Assembly (NCBI GenBank): GCA_013374835.1
Contig: CP055307.1
Span: forward strand, 542,963 to 606,962
DNA from: Candidatus Woesebacteria bacterium
GTDB taxonomy: Bacteria > Patescibacteriota > Microgenomatia > UBA8517
Length of the DNA stretch: 64,000 nt
Direction: 5' to 3'
The position numbers and the translations under genes are program-made. Under the pieces are notes generated by a model. It had not been told where the DNA came from, searched no databases, and was given only the letters and a program-made list of their open reading frames with translations. Within the stretch, counting starts at the first letter, position 1; the number at the start of each line of letters is the position of its first letter. This document shows, piece after piece, positions 9,189-19,420 of the stretch.

Positions 9189-10855
9189 AAAAATATATTT
9201 TGTTTTTAATTGTAGTAATTGCTTTGTTCCTTAGGTTTTGGAGAATTGGAGAGGCTCCCATATCGCTTTTTGGAGACGAGCTTGATGTGGGTTATCAAGC
9301 TTACTCAATACTCAAAACAGGCAAGGATTATTATGGCAATTTTATGCCGCTTCATTTCCATTCTTTGGCCGAGTGGAGAACCCCTGTTTATCTTTATTCT
9401 GCTGTGCCGACTGTTGCTTTTTTTGGTATAAGTCCTTTGGGAGTAAGACTTCCTGCAGCTATTTTTGGTGTTTTAGGTGTGATTGCATTTTACTATTTAG
9501 TCTATGAAATTACAAAGGATAGAAAACATGCTATTGCAGCCTCTTTTTTAATGGCTATTTCTCCTTGGCAAATTCAATATAGCAGAGCCGGTTTTGAGGT
9601 AACTCAGATGCTCTTTTTTTTACTTCTTGCAGTTTACTTTTTTTTGAAATCTTTCAAAGTACACAAAAGTTTACCTATTTCGTCTTTGTTTTTTAGCTTA
9701 ATTCCATGGGTCTACAGTACAGGCAAATTTTTTGTTCCTTTGTTTGTTTTTTTTATCGTTTTAAACTGGTTTGATGATTTTAGGAAAATTAGAAGAAAAT
9801 ATATTTATTTTTCTTTATTAATTATTTTGTTTTTTGCGATTCCCATGATATTGATTTCTGGGGGCGCATCTCAGAGATTTTCTTATATTAGCGTTTTTAC
9901 AGATCCGACTCTCGAGAGCGAGATTGGATATGACAGATCTGTTGATGCGCGATCAGGTGTGCCGCCGTTTATTTCCCGAGTGTTTCACAATAAGGTGATT
10001 TTTTGGTCCGATATGATAATTAGAAATATTTTGACCTCTTTTTCAAGCGATTTTTTGTTTGTTAATGGGGATCCGAATCTCAGGCATTCGGTCGCGGGTG
10101 TTGGGCAGTTTTACAAAGTAGAATTTTTAAGCTTGCTTTTCGGAGCAATAGCCTTTTTTGGGAGTTATAAAAATATTAAAGCAAAGAGAATGCTTGTAAT
10201 TTGGATAGGATTGTCTGTTATTACCTCCTCACTAACAAGAGACGGAGGAAACCACGCAACGCGGCTTTTTTTGATGCTGCCTCCTTTTTTGATTCTTTCT
10301 TCCTGGGGGTTTTTAACATTATTATATAAAAATAGAATTTTTTATAAGTTTTTGTTTTTAACCCTTTTTGTATTGCTTTTGACCAATTTTATTAGCTACC
10401 AGCATAACTATTGGCTTCACTATATTTACGATTCTGAGCGTTGGTGGCATGCGGGTTTAGGTGAGGCAATAAAATCGCTTAAAGGTAATGAGGCAAAATA
10501 TGAGAAAATAATTATCACCACTTATGACGAGCCTCCTTGGGTCTTTTTTGCCGGATGGTATGAATACCCGCCCGAGAAGTGGCAGAGTAATTTTCCTATT
10601 GAAAATAAAACAGTTTTACCTGGGTTTGGTGAGGTTTCTTTTATTGACAAGTTTTACTTTGGGTCTCCGGTTGATTTAGGCTTTTACGAATGGCCTCAGA
10701 TAATTGACGATAAGACACTTTATCTTGCTTCTGCCAAGGAGGTTAAAATCAATCTGATTCAAGAGCCTCAAAGAATTCCACGGGGGCTACATTTTGTTGA
10801 CGTTATAACTTTTCCTTCAGGCGAGCCTGCTTATTATTTGTTTACTGGAGAATAA
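9170..10855 (+). CDS. ArnT/PMT_2-like GT-C glycosyltransferase, paralog 1 of 6
   Basis: GDELDVGYQAYSILKTGKDYYGNFMPLHFHS matches the DE-x3-Y-x3-S-x2-L-x-(S/T)G-(D/R) loop of ArnT, followed by SPLGVRLPAAIFGV. The C-terminal soluble domain ends FPSGEPAYYLF. The likely start is the ATG at 9185, giving an ATGA overlap with the upstream gene. Confidence 0.65.
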   Translation: MVFCYMKKYILFLIVVIALFLRFWRIGEAPISLFGDELDVGYQAYSILKTGKDYYGNFMPLHFHSLAEWRTPVYLYSAVPTVAFFGISPLGVRLPAAIFGVLGVIAFYYLVYEITKDRKHAIAASFLMAISPWQIQYSRAGFEVTQMLFFLLLAVYFFLKSFKVHKSLPISSLFFSLIPWVYSTGKFFVPLFVFFIVLNWFDDFRKIRRKYIYFSLLIILFFAIPMILISGGASQRFSYISVFTDPTLESEIGYDRSVDARSGVPPFISRVFHNKVIFWSDMIIRNILTSFSSDFLFVNGDPNLRHSVAGVGQFYKVEFLSLLFGAIAFFGSYKNIKAKRMLVIWIGLSVITSSLTRDGGNHATRLFLMLPPFLILSSWGFLTLLYKNRIFYKFLFLTLFVLLLTNFISYQHNYWLHYIYDSERWWHAGLGEAIKSLKGNEAKYEKIIITTYDEPPWVFFAGWYEYPPEKWQSNFPIENKTVLPGFGEVSFIDKFYFGSPVDLGFYEWPQIIDDKTLYLASAKEVKINLIQEPQRIPRGLHFVDVITFPSGEPAYYLFTGE

Positions 10856-10856
10856 G

Positions 10857-12164
10857 ATGAAGATAATTAAGAATAATTTATTACTTTTTTTAATTTTTTT
10901 TGCTTTTGTACTTCGATTGCTTGTTGTTTTTTGGGGTTATCATGGCGATTTAAATAACAATATTTCCTGGAGTGAGACTGCAATTAGCCACGGATTAAAT
11001 GGTTTCTATGAGATTGACAGTTGGGATTATTCGGCGCCTAATCAGCCGCCTCTTTATATATTACTTTTTGTTTTTCTAAGAAAAATTTGGGAAGCGGTGG
11101 GAGATATCTCAGGCTACTTAAATCATTCTATTGGTGTTTTTCCATCTGCTTTTGTATGGTTTTGGGAGAGGCGTGGGATGATTTTATTAGTTAAACTGCC
11201 ATCCATAATTTCGGATCTTGCAATAGGATATCTAATGTATCTATTTTTAAGAAATAGAAATAAAAAGTGGGCTATAATGTCAACGGGCTTATGGCTTTTT
11301 AACCCGATTGTATGGTATAACAGTGCGATTTGGGGGCAAACTGATGCGATTGTTAATTTGATCGGATTGGCTTCTTTAATTGCACTTTTAAACAAAAAAC
11401 TAGTCCTATCTAGCGCTTTAATTGCGCTTTCAATTTTGTTTAAAGGTTCTTTACTTGTGTTTATTCCGGTTTTTTTTCTAATTGCTTTGAGGCAAAGGCA
11501 AAAGGCAAAGAACTGGGTCATTTCTCTTTGTGCGGCTTTATTGGTGGTTTTTTTGACATCGATATGGTTTCATCCGGAATATGATTTTATTGTTTGGCTG
11601 GCGAATCTTTATAAAAACAGAATCTTACCCGGAGAGATAGGCTATCTGACTGCAAATGCTTTTAATTTTTGGTGGTTAGTCGATCACGGAAAGACCTATG
11701 ATTCTAAGGTTTTTTTTGGTTTGGCAGCGAGGGTGTGGGGTTATCTTATTTCGCTGGGGTTGATATTCGGTTTGCTACCGCGTCTTAAGAAAATTGACGA
11801 GGGGAGAGTCTTTTATATGCTAGCTTTAACCTCGTTTATAACATTTTTGTTTCTAACCAGGATGCACGAGCGGTATTTATACCCTTTTTTTTTGATGGCC
11901 AGCATGCTTTTAGCTTATAAAAGACGTGTCTTGCCTGTTTATTTAACACTTTCGATAACTCATTTATTTAATTTGTATCACTTATTTTGGGTGCCAAACT
12001 TGAAAATATGGGAGAACCTTTATTTAAATCCTGGCTTTATGATTTTTTTGTCGTTTCTTCAGATTGTGCTCTTTTTTTATCTATATGTTTTGTTTTTTCA
12101 GACAACGTTTGAAAAGACCTCGAACTTTCAGTCCAATGCTGCTAGTAAAAAAACCAAGCGATGA
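10857..12164 (+). CDS. Polytopic membrane protein, possible DUF2029/GT87-like GT-C
   Basis: 435 aa, multi-TM. The N-terminal region GYHGDLNNNISWSE...PNQPPLYILLF...VKLPSIISDLAIGYLMY is loosely GT87-like. It is inserted inside the paralog array. Confidence 0.35.
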   Translation: MKIIKNNLLLFLIFFAFVLRLLVVFWGYHGDLNNNISWSETAISHGLNGFYEIDSWDYSAPNQPPLYILLFVFLRKIWEAVGDISGYLNHSIGVFPSAFVWFWERRGMILLVKLPSIISDLAIGYLMYLFLRNRNKKWAIMSTGLWLFNPIVWYNSAIWGQTDAIVNLIGLASLIALLNKKLVLSSALIALSILFKGSLLVFIPVFFLIALRQRQKAKNWVISLCAALLVVFLTSIWFHPEYDFIVWLANLYKNRILPGEIGYLTANAFNFWWLVDHGKTYDSKVFFGLAARVWGYLISLGLIFGLLPRLKKIDEGRVFYMLALTSFITFLFLTRMHERYLYPFFLMASMLLAYKRRVLPVYLTLSITHLFNLYHLFWVPNLKIWENLYLNPGFMIFLSFLQIVLFFYLYVLFFQTTFEKTSNFQSNAASKKTKR

Positions 12165-12748
12165 AATTCTTACTCACGACAATTTTTTTATTTATTCTTA
12201 CTCCTGCATTTATTTTTACTGTTAATGGAAGAGTGTCAAAGCCTGACGGATTTATCAGTGTATCTGACAGGGAAGCTTTAGAGACTATAAATTACAAAAG
12301 AGGTGTTTTGATAGAATCGGGTATCCCTTTTGTCCGGTTGTTTGAAAATAAGCTTACGTATGGGTTAAGACAAATTTTTGTGAGGATGGGAAACAGTTTT
12401 GAGGCACATTATTTGTTTTTCGGAGGTTTGGGGTTTGTGGGTTTAATGCCACTTTTTTATTTGCCGTTAATGATCACCGGTTTATTAAAGAGCACTTTAA
12501 GATTTAAAAAGATATTTGTAGCGCTTTTTTTAGCTGTTTCTGTCCCTGTGGGAGTAGTTTCTCATGAATATAATGTTTTTGTGAGGCTACCTGTTGTAAT
12601 ACTTTATTGCTTTTTGGCTACGAAAGGGGTTTTTTATCTGTTTGATAAAAAAAGAAGGGTTTTTATTTTTTTAGTGTTTTTTGGATTTTACGAATTTTTA
12701 AAATTTGTTCATGATTACATCTATGTTTATCCAACGGTTATTCGTTAA
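12161..12748 (+). CDS. Hypothetical membrane protein
   Basis: 195 aa ORF translationally coupled to its neighbours, with an N-terminal TM and C-terminal TM helices. No recognisable motif. Confidence 0.4.
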   Translation: MKFLLTTIFLFILTPAFIFTVNGRVSKPDGFISVSDREALETINYKRGVLIESGIPFVRLFENKLTYGLRQIFVRMGNSFEAHYLFFGGLGFVGLMPLFYLPLMITGLLKSTLRFKKIFVALFLAVSVPVGVVSHEYNVFVRLPVVILYCFLATKGVFYLFDKKRRVFIFLVFFGFYEFLKFVHDYIYVYPTVIR

Positions 12749-14427
12749 TGCGTAATGTATTTTTGAAAAGAATATATAAAAGTGATTTTTTTGTAGTGAG
12801 CTTAGTGTTTTTCGGAGCCTTTTTGATGAGGGTGGTTTTAATCACAAAAGTACCCGTGAGCATGAATTGGGATGAGGCAAGCTTTGGATACAACGCTTAT
12901 TCGATACTAAAGACCGGACGTGATGAGTATGGAGAGCTTTTGCCGCTTCAGTTTCGTTCAGTAGGAGACTATAAGGCGCCCCTTTTTATTTATGCACTCG
13001 TTCCTTTTGTAAAAATTTTTGGTCTTAGTGTGTGGACTGTTCGCATTTTACCGAGCTTAACAGGATCGCTTTCGGTAGTTTGTTTTTATTTTTTGGTTAA
13101 AGCTCTTCTTGATAGGAAATCTGCGATTATAGCGTCTTTGTTTTTAACCATTAGCCCTTGGCATATTCAGTTTACCAGAGGGGGGGCTGATGTCGGCTTT
13201 GCTACTTTTTTTACGCTTTTGGGAATTGTTTCGTTTGTTTATGCTCAGAAAAATAAGTTTTTTTATTATTTATCTGTTGTTTCCTTTTCGCTTTCTGTTT
13301 ATTCCTATTTTGCAGAGCGGTTGTTTGTCCCTTTTATTTTTATATTTCTTTTGTTGGTTTATAGAGAAAATTTTTTTGGTCAAAGTAAACGAACAATTTT
13401 GAATCTTACTTTTACCACCTTGCTTTTTGCTTTACCGATATTTTTACCGCTTTTTTCGTCAGGGCATATAGAGAAGATTGAGAAAACTACAATTTTCGGA
13501 TACAGCCGCCCGGTTGAATATGAAAGAAGGATGAAGGCCTCGAGCGCTTCGGATTTTAGTTACAATTTATTTCATGGGTCGGTTATCGAAAACGGATTTG
13601 GGTTTTTGGACCGCTATTTAACGCATTTTTCACCTCGTTTTCTGTTTTTTTACGGTCCTTCGTATGACCCAAGGCAATTTATTTCTTATATGGGGATGCT
13701 TTATTTATCTGATGTATTTTTTATAATTATTGCTTTTATGTTTTTAAAAAAGATGCCTAAAACAAGCAGAATGATTGTTTTAGGCTGGATGGTGCTAGCT
13801 CCTATTCCTGCCGCTATTACGCGGGATACTGTACATGCAAGGCGGGCTTTTAATTTAGTTTATCCTTTGGTTTTTTTATCTTCGTTTGGGTTTATTGAAT
13901 TTTATCGGAGAATTTTAATAAATTTTGATAAGGTTTGGAGGGTTTTTTTGGGAAGCGTTTTTTGTATTTTGTTTTTGTACCTTTTTTTAGGCTATTTGTG
14001 GGGGTATTATCTTTTTTCTCCAAGGGTTAATTACAAAGGGCCTTCTGGATGGCAGTGGGGTTACAAAGAACTTGTTGAGACGATTAGTCCGATTGCTACT
14101 AATTACGAAAAAGTGGTTGTAGATACAACATATCAAGGGCCATATGTTTTTTTCTTGTTTTTTAACAAATACTCGCCTGAAAGATATCATCCTCAAGCGC
14201 GTTTAGTGCAGGAAAGCCGAGAATTTTTAGGTGAAGGTGCGGGATTTGATAATTACGAGTTCAGGCCAATTTATTGGCCTGAAGACAGGTATTTATCAAA
14301 TACAATTTTTGCCGGACCTCCTGAGAGAGTAAGAATAAAAGATATTGATCCAGCTGATGCGAGAATTTTAAGTACAATAAATTTCCCCAACGGGGAAATT
14401 GCGTGGCTTGTGGTTGAGGTATATTAA
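12748..14427 (+). CDS. ArnT/PMT_2-like GT-C glycosyltransferase, paralog 2 of 6
   Basis: NWDEASFGYNAYSILKTGRDEYGELLPLQFRSVGDYKAPLFIY...SVWTVRILPSLTG. The C-terminus ends FPNGEIAWLVVEVY. Confidence 0.65.
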   Translation: MRNVFLKRIYKSDFFVVSLVFFGAFLMRVVLITKVPVSMNWDEASFGYNAYSILKTGRDEYGELLPLQFRSVGDYKAPLFIYALVPFVKIFGLSVWTVRILPSLTGSLSVVCFYFLVKALLDRKSAIIASLFLTISPWHIQFTRGGADVGFATFFTLLGIVSFVYAQKNKFFYYLSVVSFSLSVYSYFAERLFVPFIFIFLLLVYRENFFGQSKRTILNLTFTTLLFALPIFLPLFSSGHIEKIEKTTIFGYSRPVEYERRMKASSASDFSYNLFHGSVIENGFGFLDRYLTHFSPRFLFFYGPSYDPRQFISYMGMLYLSDVFFIIIAFMFLKKMPKTSRMIVLGWMVLAPIPAAITRDTVHARRAFNLVYPLVFLSSFGFIEFYRRILINFDKVWRVFLGSVFCILFLYLFLGYLWGYYLFSPRVNYKGPSGWQWGYKELVETISPIATNYEKVVVDTTYQGPYVFFLFFNKYSPERYHPQARLVQESREFLGEGAGFDNYEFRPIYWPEDRYLSNTIFAGPPERVRIKDIDPADARILSTINFPNGEIAWLVVEVY

Positions 14428-14447
14428 ATTGATTATAATAGTAGAAA

Positions 14448-16079
14448 GTGAAAAGAAAAATTTATCTTTTTTTAATATTTTCGGTGGCCGCTATAATTCG
14501 TATTTTATGGTTAGATAAATATCCGTCAGGCTTTACTCCTGATGAGGCCTCTTTTGGGTATGATGCTTATTCGATTTTGAAAACAGGCGCAGATCAGTGG
14601 GGCAGAAGCTTTCCTTTGTCTTTTAAGTCTTTTGGTGATTATAAAATGCCTCTTTATGGTTATTTATCGGTTCCTTTTGTTTTTATTTTCGGATTGAGCG
14701 AGTTTTCTGTAAGGCTTCCAGCCGCATTATTAGGGACTTTGAGTGTATTTTTTACATACCTACTTGTAAAGGAGTGGAGAAAAAATGAGAAGGAAGCGTT
14801 AATTTCAAGCTTTTTTTTGGCCGTGTCGCCTTGGCATATTGCGCTTTCAAGGGGTGCCTTTGAGGCTAATCTTACGAGTTTTTTTATAACCAGCGGCATA
14901 TATTTTTTTTTGAAGGGGGGACGGCGTTTTGTTTTTTTGTCTTCTTTGATCTTGGGGCTAAACTTATTTAGCTATCATTCTGCTCGTTTTGTGACGCCTT
15001 TTTTGTTTTTAATGCTTTTGTTTAAATTAAGAAATAACAGGAAAGAAAGATTTGTTTTTGTTATGTCTTTTTTGTTTTTTGCTTTTTTGACAGTGTTAAG
15101 TTATTTGGGAGGGGCGGGTTCAAGGGTCGCGACAGCAGGTATATTTTCATCCTCTTCAAATATGAGCACTGAAAGGTTTGTCGCTTTAACGAGTGGAATG
15201 CCTGAGCCTGTTGCAAGATTTTTTAATAATAAATATATATATTTCGGAAAAGTTTTTGTGGATAACTATTTATCATATTATTCTACTGAATTTTTATTTT
15301 CGAAAGGGGCGGGTGAGTTTACATACGGGATGATGCCGGGGATTGGAGTTCTTTATTATTTGGATTTTATTTTCTTGTTTTTATTTATAGCTTACTTTTT
15401 TTCGCGGTTTGATTTTATGAGAGACGGTTGGTTTGCAGCTTGGCTTTTGATTTCGCCTATTCCTGCCGCTTTATCTATCGGTCCTGGGTATGCGGCAAAT
15501 CGAGCGGCGGTAGTCTTGCCGGCATTAGTGATTGCCAGTGGATTGGGTGCGTCTTACTTGTTAAATAAATTTTTGAAAATAAAAATTTTTCATCTATTAG
15601 CTTTTATAGCTTATTTGCTGTTTTTTATATTTTTTGTGGAGAAATATTTTGTTCAAATGCCGGTTTACGGATCTCGCCACATGATTTATGGTACCAAACA
15701 GGTTTTTGATTTTTTGAGCGAGCATGAAAGTTTTTATGAAAAGATAATAGTAAGTAAGAGCGTTTCCGAGCCGCATATATTTGCTGCATTTTATTTGAAG
15801 AAAGACCCTGTTGAATACCAGCGGCAGGCTCAAAAGTGGAGATTTGAGGAAGATGGGTTAAGGTGGGTTGACCAGCTTGATTCTTATTCTTTGGAGAAAT
15901 ATGTTTTTAAGAGTTTAGAAGAGGAAGATTTTTTATATGAAAACGCGCTGATTGTGGGTACGGGTGAAGAGATACCTGATAATGTTAATTTGCTGGAGAC
16001 GATTTTTTATCCAGACGGTAGGGTCGCCTATAAAATAGTTGATACGAGTGAAAAATTATTTGCTTATGGAAAGCATTGA
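14448..16079 (+). CDS. ArnT/PMT_2-like GT-C glycosyltransferase, paralog 3 of 6
   Basis: GTG start at 14448. TPDEASFGYDAYSILKTGADQWGRSFPLSFKSFGDYKMPLYGY...FSVRLPAALLG. The C-terminus ends YPDGRVAYKIV. Confidence 0.65.
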   Translation: MKRKIYLFLIFSVAAIIRILWLDKYPSGFTPDEASFGYDAYSILKTGADQWGRSFPLSFKSFGDYKMPLYGYLSVPFVFIFGLSEFSVRLPAALLGTLSVFFTYLLVKEWRKNEKEALISSFFLAVSPWHIALSRGAFEANLTSFFITSGIYFFLKGGRRFVFLSSLILGLNLFSYHSARFVTPFLFLMLLFKLRNNRKERFVFVMSFLFFAFLTVLSYLGGAGSRVATAGIFSSSSNMSTERFVALTSGMPEPVARFFNNKYIYFGKVFVDNYLSYYSTEFLFSKGAGEFTYGMMPGIGVLYYLDFIFLFLFIAYFFSRFDFMRDGWFAAWLLISPIPAALSIGPGYAANRAAVVLPALVIASGLGASYLLNKFLKIKIFHLLAFIAYLLFFIFFVEKYFVQMPVYGSRHMIYGTKQVFDFLSEHESFYEKIIVSKSVSEPHIFAAFYLKKDPVEYQRQAQKWRFEEDGLRWVDQLDSYSLEKYVFKSLEEEDFLYENALIVGTGEEIPDNVNLLETIFYPDGRVAYKIVDTSEKLFAYGKH

Positions 16080-17769
16080 GAAACTAAATAAATATGTATT
16101 GGCGATATTGCTTGTCTTTTCTTTTTTGGTCAGAATTTATGCAATAGATAAGGTGCCGCCGTCTTTAAATTGGGATGAGGTGAGTCATGGTTACAATGCT
16201 TACTCCATATTAAAAACAGGGCGCGATGAGTGGGGAGAGCATTTCCCTTTTTTATTTAGAGCTTATGGCGACTATAAGCTTCCGCTTTATATTTATTTGT
16301 CCGTGCCTTTTATATATATTTTTGGACTTAATCTTTTTTCTGTAAGGCTCTTGTCGGCGGTTTCAGGAGTAGGTACTGTCTATTTTACTTATTTGCTCAC
16401 CGCTAATCTTTTTGAAAAACAAGAAAGGACAAGGATCATTTCTTTTATTTCGGCGTTTTTGGTTGCTTTTAGTCCTTGGACGGTGTTTATATCAAGAGCC
16501 GCTTTTGAGGCAAATTTGGCCGTTTTTTTTATTACTGCCGGCGCTTATTTTTATTTAAATGGTCTTAAAAAGGAAAATATCCGGCATTTTGTTTTTGGCA
16601 TTGTTTTTTTAGGAGCTTCAGTTTGGGCCTATAATTCGGCACGAATTTTTGTTCCTTTCTGGATTTTTTTGATAAGTACACTATTTTTTTATCGAGTTAA
16701 AAGGTTGTTTGTTAGATTTGGGTTTAAGTTTTTGGCAAGCATTTTACTGGGCTTAGTTTTTTTTGCACCAATGATATATCAGATTTTTGTTTCTCACGGC
16801 CTTGACAGGTATGGATGGGTAGGAATTATTGACAGTGGCACAATTGGAAAAATAATCGAGTTTAGAAAAAGTTCTTCCTTGGGTACATTGTTAACAAGAT
16901 TGGTTTATAACAGACCTACTTATTTTATATACACATTTGGTATTAACTGGATAAGACATTTTGATCCGAGATTTTTATTTTTAAAAGGTGGGACTCATTA
17001 TCAGTTTAGCGTTCCCGGGCATGGAATTTTATATTCAGTTGACGCATTGTTTTTTGTTTTGGGGTATTATTTTTTGTTTAGACAAAGAAAAGAAAAAAGC
17101 CTTGCTTTTGGAGTTATTTTTACCTGGAGTCTTCTTTCTCCAATTGCTTCAAGTGCAACCAGAGAAGCGCCTCACGTTCTTCGCTTTGTTACCTATTTGC
17201 CTGTTCCCATGATGGTAATTTCTTTTGGATTTGTAAATTTTGTATCAAAGTTAAAGACGGATAATAAAGTATGGTTTGGTTTGTATTTTGGAATTATTGC
17301 ATTAAGCTTTTTGAATTATTGGATTAGTTACTCTGGTAATTATAGAAAAAACTATTCATGGGCATGGCAGTATGGGTATAAAAATGTGGTTTCTTATATA
17401 AAAGAGGTATATTCCGATTATGATAAAATTATTTTTACAAAAAAGTACGGAGAGCCTCATGAATTTATTCTTTTTTATTGGCCTTGGGATCCTGAAAGAT
17501 TTCAAAAGGATGAAAATCTAAATCGGTTTTATCAGACACATTGGTTTTGGGTGGATTCTTTTGACAAATTTTATTTTGTTAATGAGTGGGACATTGTTAA
17601 TAAATATAATGACAAGCTTTTTAAACTTGAAAGTGGTGATTTGGTTGATTGTAGGGGCATAAAATGTCTTTTGGTTACTGATAGTGCCAATGTTCCTAAA
17701 AATTGGGTAAGAGTAAAGGTCTTTTTTTATCCGAGCGGAGAGAGCGTTTTTGAAATATATGAAAATTAA
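16039..17769 (+). CDS. ArnT/PMT_2-like GT-C glycosyltransferase, paralog 4 of 6
   Basis: NWDEVSHGYNAYSILKTGRDEWGEHFPFLFRAYGDYKLPLYIY...FSVRLLSAVSG. The C-terminus ends YPSGESVFEIYEN. The ORF-track start at 16039 is a TTG; the ATG at 16066 (MESIEKL) is the more likely start. Confidence 0.65.
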   Translation: MIRVKNYLLMESIEKLNKYVLAILLVFSFLVRIYAIDKVPPSLNWDEVSHGYNAYSILKTGRDEWGEHFPFLFRAYGDYKLPLYIYLSVPFIYIFGLNLFSVRLLSAVSGVGTVYFTYLLTANLFEKQERTRIISFISAFLVAFSPWTVFISRAAFEANLAVFFITAGAYFYLNGLKKENIRHFVFGIVFLGASVWAYNSARIFVPFWIFLISTLFFYRVKRLFVRFGFKFLASILLGLVFFAPMIYQIFVSHGLDRYGWVGIIDSGTIGKIIEFRKSSSLGTLLTRLVYNRPTYFIYTFGINWIRHFDPRFLFLKGGTHYQFSVPGHGILYSVDALFFVLGYYFLFRQRKEKSLAFGVIFTWSLLSPIASSATREAPHVLRFVTYLPVPMMVISFGFVNFVSKLKTDNKVWFGLYFGIIALSFLNYWISYSGNYRKNYSWAWQYGYKNVVSYIKEVYSDYDKIIFTKKYGEPHEFILFYWPWDPERFQKDENLNRFYQTHWFWVDSFDKFYFVNEWDIVNKYNDKLFKLESGDLVDCRGIKCLLVTDSANVPKNWVRVKVFFYPSGESVFEIYEN

Positions 17770-19420
17770 ATTAACTAAAACATCTCTTTTTTTAGTTTTC
17801 TTGCTTATTTTTGGGGGGTTTTTAAGGATTTATAAAATCGGATCAAACCCTCCCCATCTAACTGCTGATGAAGCGTCTCTTGGATATAATGCTTTTTCGA
17901 TATTAAAAACAGGGCGTGATGAATATGGTGAAATATTGCCGATTATTTTTAAGTCATTTGGGGACTATAAGCCCGGTCTTTATGTTTATTTGACTATTCC
18001 TTTTGTATTTATTTTTGGTATGAACGAATTTTCGGTCAGGCTTCCATCGGCTTTAACGGGTGTGCTGTCAATATTTTTGGTCTATCTTATTTTGAAGGAG
18101 TTTTTCGGCAGAGACAGAAAGGCTTTGTTTGGTGCTTTTTTGCTTACGATTAATCCTTGGCTTATTAATTTTTCAAGAGCAGCATGGGAAGTAAATGTAG
18201 CTTTAGGTTTGACTTTAATTGCTATTTACTTTTTTTTATTATCTTTTAGAAAGAATAAGTATTTAGTTTTGTCTTCTTTGTTTTTTGCCTTTAGCCTTCT
18301 TTGTTATCAGGGAGCTAAGCTTTCAAGTGGCATTGTTGTTTTGATTTTAGCTTTAGTTTATAGGAGAGAGCTTTTAAAAATTGAAAGAAAATTTTTGGCG
18401 GCGAGTATTATCTTAGGTGTAATTGTTTCTTTGCCTATAATTATAAGTTTTTTTCAAGGTAAAACCGGAAGACTGACTGTTTTTAGTGTATTTTCTTATC
18501 CGCGGCCTGATGAGTACTTGAACGAATTTTTGAGTGAGAGCGGTGTTAAAAAAGGAAGCCTGCCTTATTATCTTTATTATTCGGAAGGATATAATTTTTT
18601 AAGAGGAGTAATGGGGCGGTACTTTAATCATTTTTCTGGCAGGTTTCTTTTTTTTGATGGGGATTGGCAAAACCTTAAGCATTCGACGCCAAACGCAGGA
18701 GTAATGCTTTTTTCAGACTTGATTCTTGTTTTGGTGGGAGTTTACTTTCTTTTTAGAGAAAAAATTACTAAACCTGTTTTTTTTATACTTTTTTGGCTTC
18801 TACTTTCTCCACTTCCTTCGGCTCTTTCGCGGGATCAGGTACATGCCGTAAGGGCATTGAATATGGCTGTTCCTTTGGTCTTCGTTGCCGGATTCGGGCT
18901 TGACTGGATTTTTGAAAAAAGCCGAATAATGTTTGTTTTAGTTTCTTTAAGTATAGTTTTGAGTTTGATTTATTACCTTGATTCTTTGTTTATCCATCAG
19001 CCTGTGCATCATGCTAAGTATTGGGAATACGGGTATAGGGAAATTGTAAAAGCGGTTACTCCGGTTATGAATGATTATGAAGATATTGTTGTTCAGCAGT
19101 CTTATTCACAGCCTTATATTTATTTTCTTTTTTATTGGGCGTCGGGCTTGAAAGAGGATTTTGATCCAAGAGATTATCAGGGATTAAACCGGTCTGTTGG
19201 AAGCAATTATTTGGATGTAGGGCTTGTTGAAAAGCTTGACAAAATTATTTTTAGAGGAATTGACTGGAGTATTGATCGCGGGAAGCGTGGTACGCTTTTT
19301 GTAGGGGATAGTGTAAGAATTCCGGTTTCCGATTCTTCTGATTTAGGTCAGTTTGATATAGTAGGGAAAATTATGTATCCGGATGGAGCGCTTGCTTTTC
19401 GAGTTGTTGAGGTGAAATGA
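17750..19420 (+). CDS. ArnT/PMT_2-like GT-C glycosyltransferase, paralog 5 of 6
   Basis: LTADEASLGYNAFSILKTGRDEYGEILPIIFKSFGDYKPGLYVY...FSVRLPSALTG. The C-terminus ends YPDGALAFRVVEVK. Confidence 0.65.
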   Translation: MKYMKIKLTKTSLFLVFLLIFGGFLRIYKIGSNPPHLTADEASLGYNAFSILKTGRDEYGEILPIIFKSFGDYKPGLYVYLTIPFVFIFGMNEFSVRLPSALTGVLSIFLVYLILKEFFGRDRKALFGAFLLTINPWLINFSRAAWEVNVALGLTLIAIYFFLLSFRKNKYLVLSSLFFAFSLLCYQGAKLSSGIVVLILALVYRRELLKIERKFLAASIILGVIVSLPIIISFFQGKTGRLTVFSVFSYPRPDEYLNEFLSESGVKKGSLPYYLYYSEGYNFLRGVMGRYFNHFSGRFLFFDGDWQNLKHSTPNAGVMLFSDLILVLVGVYFLFREKITKPVFFILFWLLLSPLPSALSRDQVHAVRALNMAVPLVFVAGFGLDWIFEKSRIMFVLVSLSIVLSLIYYLDSLFIHQPVHHAKYWEYGYREIVKAVTPVMNDYEDIVVQQSYSQPYIYFLFYWASGLKEDFDPRDYQGLNRSVGSNYLDVGLVEKLDKIIFRGIDWSIDRGKRGTLFVGDSVRIPVSDSSDLGQFDIVGKIMYPDGALAFRVVEVK

